Positions 8,481-16,392 of a DNA stretch of 64,000 bases are shown here, in pieces (the first letter of the stretch is position 1; each line of letters starts with the position of its first letter). The translations under genes were made by a program, and so were the position numbers. The notes under the pieces were generated by a model that had not been told where the DNA came from, ran no database searches, and worked only from the letters and a program-made list of their open reading frames with translations. Origin of the DNA: Nannocystis sp. RBIL2 (GTDB lineage: Bacteria; Myxococcota_A; Polyangia; Nannocystales; Nannocystaceae); NCBI RefSeq assembly GCF_026626745.1, contig NZ_JAPNJW010000002.1:1510151-1574150 (forward strand). Reading direction: 5' to 3'.

Positions 8481-9668
8481 ATGCCTCCACGCAACGACCA
8501 GCACCCCGACGTCGCCCCGCTCGCCCTCGATCCCCGACCGCGGCTCGGCCGCGACTACTCGCGGGTGACCGCGCGCGACCCGGCCGCGCCTCTCGATCGC
8601 ACGCGTCCCCTCGACTGGTCGCGCGTGCGGCGGATCCTCGTCGTCCGGCTCGACAACCTCGGCGACATCATCCTCACCGGCCCGGCCCTGCGCGCGCTCA
8701 AGGCCCATCTCCCGCACCTCCACCTCACCCTGCTCGCCAGCCCTGGCGGCGCCGCGGCGGCCGCCCTGCTGCCATGGGTCGACGACGTCGAGCCCTGCCG
8801 CGCCCTGTGGCAGGACCTGGGCCGCCTCGCCTTCGATCCCGCGCGCGAGCGCGAGCTCATCGCCACCCTCCGGCGCGGCGAGTACGACCTCGCCCTCATC
8901 CTCACCAGCTTCAGCCAGAGCCCGCACCCGGCCGCCCTCGCCTGCGCCCTGGCCGGCATCCCGATGCGGATCGGCGAGTCGCGCGAGCGCGGGCGGGCCC
9001 TCACGATCGCCCTCCCGCACGCCGACGACGGCCTCCACCAGTGCGAGCGCAACCTCCAACTCGTCGAGCGCCTCGGCGTGCCCGTCGTCGATCGCCGGCT
9101 CGAGATCTGCCTCCCGCGGCCCGCCTGGAGCGCCGCCCAGGCCCGCCTGGCCGCCCACCGCGTCGCCGGCGACTACCTCGTGTGGAACCCCTTCGCCAGC
9201 TGCCCCGCGCGCACCTACGACCCCCTGCGCCACGCCCTCGCCGCCCGCGCCCTGGCCGAGTACGCCGACCTGCGCCTGCTCGTCTGCGGCGCCGCCCGCG
9301 ACCGCGACCGCGCCCGCGAGCTCCTCCCGCTGCTCGGCTCGCGCGCCCTCGACCTGGTCGGAGAGACAGATCTACCCGAGTTCGCCGCCCTCCTCGCCGG
9401 CGCCCGCCTCGTCCTCACCAACAACACCGCCGCCCTCCACCTCGCCGACGCCCTCGCAGTGCCCCAGCTCGTCACCTACGCCGGCACCGACCGCGACAGC
9501 CAGTGGATGCCCCGCACCTCGCCCCACCGCCTGCTGCGCCGCCCCACCGCCTGCACCCCCTGCTATCGCTTCGCCTGCCCGACCAGCCACGAGTGCCTGG
9601 CCCTGGCCCCCGCCGAGGTCCTCGCCGCCGGCCTCTCGCTGCTCGCCGAGACCGCCGTGCGTGCGTGA
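8481..9668 (+). CDS. GT9 heptosyltransferase (paralog)
   Basis: VRLDNLGDIILTGPALRALK, C-terminal NNTAALHLADALAVP, PTACTPCYRFACPTSHEC motif. Confidence 0.85.
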   Translation: MPPRNDQHPDVAPLALDPRPRLGRDYSRVTARDPAAPLDRTRPLDWSRVRRILVVRLDNLGDIILTGPALRALKAHLPHLHLTLLASPGGAAAAALLPWVDDVEPCRALWQDLGRLAFDPARERELIATLRRGEYDLALILTSFSQSPHPAALACALAGIPMRIGESRERGRALTIALPHADDGLHQCERNLQLVERLGVPVVDRRLEICLPRPAWSAAQARLAAHRVAGDYLVWNPFASCPARTYDPLRHALAARALAEYADLRLLVCGAARDRDRARELLPLLGSRALDLVGETDLPEFAALLAGARLVLTNNTAALHLADALAVPQLVTYAGTDRDSQWMPRTSPHRLLRRPTACTPCYRFACPTSHECLALAPAEVLAAGLSLLAETAVRA

Positions 9669-9941
9669 AGGCCCGGTCACCGGGCTGCACAGGCCGAGCA
9701 CGAACAAGCGGCAGACCGCGACGCCAGACCTTGCGCTCCGTCATCCGGGCAGTACCCCGCCCGGCGGGGACCGCGACGCACCGAGGCTGGCCCGACAGGC
9801 AACGTCTCCAGCGGGGACGACGACCGGCACATCGAACGGGTGAGCGGCCGGCCGAAGATAGCGCCTGCCTTCGTGAGGCGGAACGCGGGACGTGCGCGCG
9901 CGATGCCGTCGTGGAGGAAGTTTGTTACTCTCCCTTCGGCC

Positions 9942-11462
9942 ATGACTCGGACGGCGGACAAGACCACCTCTCCGGTGTTTGTTTCGCTGTTGTGGCACAC
10001 GATGGCGGAGACGTCCTCGCAGGATCAGTTCGTGCTGGAGCGCGGCAAGGGCCGCAAGTGGGACGATTTCGGCTTCAAGACGCTCTACAGCCTCTATTGG
10101 CTCCCCGCTGGAGCCGAAGCCAAACAAGCCCGGTACATCGGGCCGATCAAGATCCTCCAGAGCGACGATCGCTCGACGGTGCTCCCCGATCGTTTCGCCG
10201 CGCTGAGCGAGTTTTACTGCAGCCTCGGCCAGAACCCCGAATACTACGAAAACCTCCAGGAGTTGGGTCCTGAGCTGGCTCAGGTTGTCCTGGTCGCGCT
10301 CCGCGACATCGCGTCCGATTCCGAAATAGAAGGAGATTTTGCCGAGCAAGAGGGTATCACCGTGTCGCTGCTTCGCTCGGTCTCAGCCCGCACGGCGATG
10401 AATTTGGCCCGTCAGAGGCTGCACGGCGTCGACGCGGATGTCGCTCCGGCCGAACTCACGTTTCGCTTTACCACGACGCTCTCGAAGGTCCTGCCGACTC
10501 CGTCCGCACCGTACCGCCTTGATGTGAGGCTCTCCGCCAGGGACGGGCGTCTTGGGCGCTTGATGGTGTTGGTCGGCAAGAACGCGACCGGCAAGAGCGG
10601 TTTGCTCAGCGTGCTCGGGCAGGCAGTCAGCGGCCTCGACAGCGAAGCAGGGAGCATCGACCCGCCCATCCGCGGCATCAGCCGTGTGATTGCGATCTCG
10701 TACAGCGCGTTCGACCCCTATCGATACTTCGGGAAGGCTCGACCGTCCACGGCTGTCGGATACTTTTATTGCGGGCTCCGCGATCATCATGGGGTCATCA
10801 ACCTCAAACACGCGTTCGACCGCAGTCACCGTCACCTTCGGCAGCTCGATCCAAGAGCCTGGCGTGACGCGATCCGGGCGTCGGGACTCGCCGACGAGGA
10901 GCCCTCGCTGGCGGCCGTGCTCGAGGAGCCAGACCCGAGCAAGTTGATCGAGCTCATGGAGACGCTCAGCTCCGGGCACAAGATTTTCCTGTTCGTGCTG
11001 GTCAACCTGCTCGCGACGATTCGGCCCCGGGCGCTGGTCCTCATCGACGAACCCGAGATCCATCTCCACCCGAACCTCTTGTCCAGCCTGATGCGCCTGC
11101 TCCACAAGATCCTGGACGAAAGCGACAGCTTCGCGGTCCTGGCCACCCATTCGCCCCAAGTGTTGCAAGAGGTGCCGGCGCGATACATCCGCATCGTCGA
11201 GCGAGTCGACGGGGCGCCCGCATTGAGGCTGTATCCAGGCGAGTCCTTCGGAGCGAACCTTGGCGAGATCATTCGCTTCGCCTTCGGCGTCGATGAGAAG
11301 AGCGCCAACTACTTCAAGATATTGAACTCGACCCTCGACGAGGAGACTCTCCGGCGCTGGTACGATCACACGCTCCACGCATCTTCGCTTAGCCTCGCGC
11401 CCTATACGGTCCTCGCCGATCGCCTCCACGTGAATGAGGAGGACGACGATGAGACGACTTAG
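9942..11462 (+). CDS. ABC/AAA_21-type ATPase, Septu PtuA-like, with about 210-aa N-terminal extension of unknown function
   Basis: Walker A VGKNATGKSGLLSVLG, ABC signature LSSGHKIF, Walker B ALVLIDEPEIHLHP, H-loop LATHSPQV; region GC clearly lower than flanks; start could also be 9840 or 9993. Confidence 0.8.
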   Translation: MTRTADKTTSPVFVSLLWHTMAETSSQDQFVLERGKGRKWDDFGFKTLYSLYWLPAGAEAKQARYIGPIKILQSDDRSTVLPDRFAALSEFYCSLGQNPEYYENLQELGPELAQVVLVALRDIASDSEIEGDFAEQEGITVSLLRSVSARTAMNLARQRLHGVDADVAPAELTFRFTTTLSKVLPTPSAPYRLDVRLSARDGRLGRLMVLVGKNATGKSGLLSVLGQAVSGLDSEAGSIDPPIRGISRVIAISYSAFDPYRYFGKARPSTAVGYFYCGLRDHHGVINLKHAFDRSHRHLRQLDPRAWRDAIRASGLADEEPSLAAVLEEPDPSKLIELMETLSSGHKIFLFVLVNLLATIRPRALVLIDEPEIHLHPNLLSSLMRLLHKILDESDSFAVLATHSPQVLQEVPARYIRIVERVDGAPALRLYPGESFGANLGEIIRFAFGVDEKSANYFKILNSTLDEETLRRWYDHTLHASSLSLAPYTVLADRLHVNEEDDDETT

Positions 11463-12348
11463 GCCGTATGGAGGGGATCCCTGGCAGTCCTTCCTCGATA
11501 TCTGCGGCGCATCGACGCACCAACGGCGTCGTCCGCGGCTCGCGGAGGTCCGCGCGGTCATCGAGGACCGCTATCAGGATTACCTGAATTTGAACGGAGA
11601 CTTCCTCAGAATCGCAGCATACTCCGACTTCTCCAAGGAGCAATCGGACGCGCTCAAGAAATGCTACGAGACCGAGGCGCCGGCGCTCAAACTCCTGAAA
11701 GAGGCGATCCGACAGCTCCAGGACCCGTCAGTCCGCGGCGTCTGTCAGAATTGCGGGCTGAACGAGCCGAACACGTTCGACCACTACATTCCCAAGGACG
11801 AATTCCCGGAGTTTGCGATTCACCCGCATAACATCGTCCCGTGCTGCCAGCAGTGCAACGACCTCCGGCGCCGCAAGCCGTGGCGCGACGAACATGGATG
11901 TCGGACGTTCCACTTCTATTTCGACGATGTCGAAGTGAGTGAAAGACACCTGGTTGCGAGGATCATCCGCGACGGCAACGACGAGCCGCGGATGCTCTTC
12001 GAGTGTTCGTCCTCCCCTGAGGCCCCCGGTTTCGGCGGAAGGTACTCTCGCCACGCGGAGACGCTGCAACTCCCGCGGCGGCTGGAAGAGCGCGCGCCGA
12101 CAGAGCTGGATCGAATCTGCAATGAGTTGGCGGCGACGGCCGAACTGCTGCCCGGAGCTCCAGAGGCTTCGGAAAGAATAGACCGGTTGCGGGACCGGTC
12201 AAGGAACGTCGCTACACGCATGAAGAAGGTCCGCGGCCCGAACCACTGGGAGGTTGCGGCCTGGCATGCGGTCGCGGCGGCTCCGTGGTTCATCGAGCGC
12301 TGCCTCGCGCGCCAGAATAGGGAGGCGAGCTGTGATGACCAGGTCTGA
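11449..12348 (+). CDS. HNH endonuclease-domain protein (PtuB-like)
   Basis: CQNCGLNEPNTFDHYIPKDEFPEFAIHPHNIVPCCQQCN = CxxC..DH..N..CxxCN HNH motif; 14-nt overlap with ATPase stop; alternative ATG 11434. Confidence 0.75.
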   Translation: MRRLRPYGGDPWQSFLDICGASTHQRRRPRLAEVRAVIEDRYQDYLNLNGDFLRIAAYSDFSKEQSDALKKCYETEAPALKLLKEAIRQLQDPSVRGVCQNCGLNEPNTFDHYIPKDEFPEFAIHPHNIVPCCQQCNDLRRRKPWRDEHGCRTFHFYFDDVEVSERHLVARIIRDGNDEPRMLFECSSSPEAPGFGGRYSRHAETLQLPRRLEERAPTELDRICNELAATAELLPGAPEASERIDRLRDRSRNVATRMKKVRGPNHWEVAAWHAVAAAPWFIERCLARQNREASCDDQV

Positions 12349-12808
12349 CTGGCGCCATGACGCGAGGGCGAGCCTCGAGTCGCTGCGCGAGGCGCTCGGC
12401 GAACTCCAGGACAGGTGGGGGTTCGCTTGCGAAGACGATCCGATCGACGACGACGACGACGACGACGACGCTTACGAGTATGATCAGCTCTCCTCAGACA
12501 TCGAGACGGCGCTCGATACGCTCGTAGACGAACTGACCCAGCACCAGGCGACGCCGGACGTGGAAGAGCTCACGGTCGACGAGTTGCTCGCCAGGTATGT
12601 TACGGACGGTCTGGTGAGCCCAGAGCAGGTCAAGGTCGCGGCGGCGCTCGTGGACGCTCTCGGCTCCCGGGGGTCCCGGGGCGCTCGGACCAGCGAGCTA
12701 ATCATGGGGCCGAGCTACGAGCAGCTCCTGAGCGTGGTAGACGCGCTCGAGCGGCTCGTCGACCACACCGCCGACGGGGAGGAAGAACCGGCCAATGCCA
12801 TGGACTGA
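12335..12808 (+). CDS. Small strongly acidic hypothetical protein (poly-Asp run; possible DNA-mimic/immunity factor)
   Basis: 157 aa, DDPIDDDDDDDDAYEYDQ, net very negative; 14-nt overlap with HNH gene stop and with next gene start. Confidence 0.55.
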   Translation: MTRSDWRHDARASLESLREALGELQDRWGFACEDDPIDDDDDDDDAYEYDQLSSDIETALDTLVDELTQHQATPDVEELTVDELLARYVTDGLVSPEQVKVAAALVDALGSRGSRGARTSELIMGPSYEQLLSVVDALERLVDHTADGEEEPANAMD

Positions 12809-13421
12809 CGAGGAAGACCTGGCTCGTTGCCTCGAGCGCGCCGGCGTCGCGCTCGCGGGTCTGCGCGAGCGCTGCTCGGAGGTCGTCGTGTTCGGTTCTC
12901 GCGCGGCGGGCATCGGCGATGCGAGGTCCGACTGGGACGTGCTGTGCGTCGGCGACGGGGCGACGCGGCGGACGCGAGAGCTGGACCTCGTCTGGATCTC
13001 CGCATCATTTACACGTGGCGACGCGTGGACGACGGGCGAGCTCGCGTCGCACGTCGTCACTTACGGGCGATGGATCGTCGGGAACCCGGGTCCATGGGTA
13101 TCCCACGTGGCCATCACTTCGCAGACCGTCAGACGCAAGGTTCGCTGGATCCAGACGCACGTCGACACGTGGCGACGATTCTGGCCGCGCTGCTCGCCCC
13201 AACTGCGAACGCGCTACGCGGCAACGCTGAGGTACAACTTTCTCCGCCTTGATTTTTTGCTGCGCAAACAGGCGGTGCCACCGCGGCAGAGCCTGGATAG
13301 GTGGTTCGCGGAGCTCTCCGATAGGGCAGAGTGGTCCGAAGCGATGGCGGCAGTCGCCAAGGTCAGGGACGACTTCGTCTCCCGCGAATTGCTGCCGCGT
13401 GTGTGCCGGTCGTCTGGCTGA
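12795..13421 (+). CDS. Minimal nucleotidyltransferase (MNT)-domain protein with C-terminal extension carrying a possible HEPN-like Rx4H motif
   Basis: VVVFGSRAAGIGDARSDWDVLCVG = GS-x9-DxD NTase fold motif; C-terminal RWIQTH. Confidence 0.7.
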   Translation: MPWTDEEDLARCLERAGVALAGLRERCSEVVVFGSRAAGIGDARSDWDVLCVGDGATRRTRELDLVWISASFTRGDAWTTGELASHVVTYGRWIVGNPGPWVSHVAITSQTVRRKVRWIQTHVDTWRRFWPRCSPQLRTRYAATLRYNFLRLDFLLRKQAVPPRQSLDRWFAELSDRAEWSEAMAAVAKVRDDFVSRELLPRVCRSSG

Positions 13422-13813
13422 CCGCCTGCCGGCGCACCCGCCTGCCCCCTGGTGCAGGTTACCGCGCGCCACAGATGTGCCCGCCTGTCGCTCGAGCCTG
13501 CTCGTCACCAGAAGGACGGCGTGCAGTAGGACAGCCCACATGCGAGACATCAAGAAATCATAAGCCTCCGCCGCTGCGCGCGAAGCAGCGAAGCTCCGGC
13601 TGAGACCGTCCGCCCCGCCTCGCAGCCTGAGGCGCACGAAACGATTCGATCGCCGCGCACCGTGCGCGACTGCCTGCGACCCTGCAGCGGGCGCAAACGG
13701 GATCCTCAAAAAAGCGGCCCGTACGGCCCGCTACGCCGCATCCCCGACGATTAGTGAGAACGGCCGTGCAGGCAACTGCCAACAAAATCTTCCCCGAGGA
13801 GGGAACACTCGCC

Positions 13814-13999
13814 ATGCATCTCGAACGAGTTGAGACCCGATCGGAACAGCACCACGGCACCGCCGTGGAGCCGTGGAGCAACCTCGACGAGGACGACTTT
13901 CTCCTCGCCGCCGAGGCCAGCCTCGAAGCGCTGCGCGAAGGCGAGGACGAGGAGGAGCTGTCCCCGGACGACATCGAGGAAGTGCCCGAAGATCAGTAG
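13814..13999 (+). CDS. Small acidic hypothetical protein
   Basis: 61 aa ORF with GAGGAGG 9 nt upstream of ATG; no recognisable domain. Confidence 0.3.
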   Translation: MHLERVETRSEQHHGTAVEPWSNLDEDDFLLAAEASLEALREGEDEEELSPDDIEEVPEDQ

Positions 14000-14349
14000 C
14001 CCGGCCTGATCACGCGGTCCGTGCCGATACCACGAATCACCCGAGCGTCGCGGGATTCCTTACATCATCCAGCCCTTGCTCGCTACCGGGCACCGCTCCC
14101 ACCGCGGATCCCAGTCCCAATCGTGCCCCTCGCCCGGAAGAGTAATTGCTGCCCGGGCCGAAGCCCGCGCGAACGCCCTCGAGGCGGCGCCTCGGCGCCT
14201 GCCTGACGCAGCTCGTCGCGGGAGGCCCGGCGCCTCGGCGCCTGCCTGACGCAGCTCGCCACGGGACGCCCGACTCTCGCCCCGAGCTCCCACCCGCGGC
14301 GGATGCGACCCCGCCGTCCCGCCCCGTCCTGCGGCATCATGGCCCTGCC

Positions 14350-15162
14350 ATGCGGTTCGGTCCCGGACACTTCCTCGGCGTCTTCGAGCGGCGGCGCACG
14401 GCTCACGGCTTGTCGCTCGCCGATCTGCGGCCGACCGTGCCCGAGCACGAGGTTCACCGGCACACCCACGAGGACGCCCACTTCCTGCTCTTGCTCGCCG
14501 GTCGCTATCTCAGCAGCGCGCGCGGCATGCCGGACGTATGCGATCACCCCGCGCTCGTCCTCAACCCGCCGGGCACCACCCACGTCGATCGCTTCCGCGG
14601 CCTCGACGGCCGCTTCTTCACCCTGTCCGTCCCGACCGCGGCCTAGCACACGGCCACCGCGACCTGCCCGCTCCCCGACCACCCCGTGCGGCTGGGCACG
14701 GCAGCCTTGCTCGCGGCCTATCGCCTGTGCCACGAATTGCCGCGCTGGGACGCTGCCTCCGCGCTCGTCGTCGAGTCCGAATACCACCTGCTCCTCGCCG
14801 AGGCCGCCCTCGACGCCCGCCAACGGCGCTCCTCCGGACCGCCCTGGCTGGCGCGCGCCCGCGAACAGCTGCAGGACACCGGCGCAGTCACCCCGCGCCT
14901 GTCCGAGCTCGCCGCTGCTGCCGACGTCCACCCCGTCCACTTCTCGCGCGCCTTCCGGGCCCGCTACGGCCGCTCTCCCGGCGAGTACCTGCGTCACTGT
15001 CGCCTCGAGCGCGCCAGCGCCTTGCTGCGGGACCTCCGCACGCCCCTCGCCGACATCGCGGCCCAGTGCGGCTACGTCGACCAGAGCCACTTCAGCCGCG
15101 CCTTTCACCGCGCCTACCGCCTCACCCCTGCCGCCTTCCGCCGGCTCGTGCGGCCGGCCTGA
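14350..15162 (+). pseudogene. AraC-family transcriptional regulator interrupted by in-frame TAG at 14644-14646
   Basis: N-terminal cupin-like sensor (ORF 14146-14646) and C-terminal AraC HTH ([42 protein letters not shown]) are in the same frame, separated only by one TAG. Confidence 0.55.
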
Positions 15163-15230
15163 CACGTTCACGGCGTACAAGACCGGGCCCCGCCGCGCGG
15201 CTAGCCTCGCGCCTCTCCCGACCCGGCCCG

Positions 15231-16322
15231 ATGCCCGCCTTCAAGCTGTTCGCCGCCTGCCCCCTCGCCCTGCTGCTCCTCCTCGACGCCGCCGCAGCCT
15301 CCTGCGCCCCCGACTCTCCGGCCCCGCTCGCCTCGCCCCCGCCGCCCCGCCTCGAGGACGTCACGAGCGCCGTCGAGGCCGGCGAGTTCGGCCAGATCAC
15401 CAGCATCCTCGTCGCGCGCGACGGCCAGCTGCTCTACGAACATTACTTCGACGACGGCGGACGCGAGGCCCCGCGCAACACCCGGTCCGCCACCAAGACC
15501 CTCGCCGGCATTTTGGTCGGCCAGGCCATCGCTGACGGCAAGCTGCCCGGCCCGCAGGCCCCGATCCTCGACTACCTCGCGCCATACGGCCCGCCCGAGC
15601 ACCCCGATCCGCGCAAGGCGCAGATCACCGTCGAGGACCTGCTGACCATGTCGTCGCTGCTCGAATGCCACGACGAGAACCAATTCTCGCGCGGCCACGA
15701 GGAGCGCATGTACCTCGTCGAGGATTGGGTGAAGTTCTACCTCGACCTGCCGATCCAGGGCTTCCCGGCCTGGATGCCCAAGCCGGCCGATTCGCCGCAC
15801 GGCCGCAGCTTCCGCTATTGCACCGCCGGCGTGACCGCGCTCGGCGCGGTGCTGCAGGCCGCGACCGGCGAGCGCCTCGACGTCTACGCCCAGCGCAGGT
15901 TGCTTACCCCGCTCGGCATCGCCGATCCCAAATGGCAATACTCGCCGCTGGGTCTGCCGCAGGCCGGCGGCGGGCTCGGCCTGCGCAGCCGCGACCTGCT
16001 GGCGCTCGGCCAGCTCTACCTCGACGGCGGCCGCCACGCCGGCCAGCAGCTCGTGCCCGCCGAGTGGGTCGCGCGCTCCGTGCAGCCGCACGCCCGCGTC
16101 GACGACGGCGTCGAGTACGGCTATCTGTGGTGGCTGATGCAGTTCCCGGTCGGCGAGCGGATCTGGGACTCGTGGGCCATGAACGGCAGCGGCGGCAACA
16201 CAGTGCAGGTGTTCCCGGCCGAGAGAGTCGCCGTCGTCATCACCACCACCAACTTCGACCGCCCGCAGCCGCATCGCCTCACCGCCAAGCTGCTGACGGA
16301 CAGGCTCCTCCCGGCCCTGTGA
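15231..16322 (+). CDS. Serine hydrolase, beta-lactamase/esterase family (class C-like), secreted, possible lipoprotein
   Basis: Signal peptide with AAASC; SxxK motif RSATKTL; YCTAGVT; 363 aa. Confidence 0.85.
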   Translation: MPAFKLFAACPLALLLLLDAAAASCAPDSPAPLASPPPPRLEDVTSAVEAGEFGQITSILVARDGQLLYEHYFDDGGREAPRNTRSATKTLAGILVGQAIADGKLPGPQAPILDYLAPYGPPEHPDPRKAQITVEDLLTMSSLLECHDENQFSRGHEERMYLVEDWVKFYLDLPIQGFPAWMPKPADSPHGRSFRYCTAGVTALGAVLQAATGERLDVYAQRRLLTPLGIADPKWQYSPLGLPQAGGGLGLRSRDLLALGQLYLDGGRHAGQQLVPAEWVARSVQPHARVDDGVEYGYLWWLMQFPVGERIWDSWAMNGSGGNTVQVFPAERVAVVITTTNFDRPQPHRLTAKLLTDRLLPAL

Positions 16323-16392
16323 CGGGCGACGAGACGAGGGCGCATCGCCCTCCGGCGACGCGCCCTCTCGGCTCCCTGAAACCCGCCAGCTC

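Noticed and set aside
13440-13800. Possible terminator/hairpin aaaaaagcggcccgtacggcccgct downstream of the NTase gene
   Set aside because: The inverted repeat is imperfect (gcggccc vs ggcccgc arms do not pair fully) and there is no T-run. Not convincing as an intrinsic terminator.
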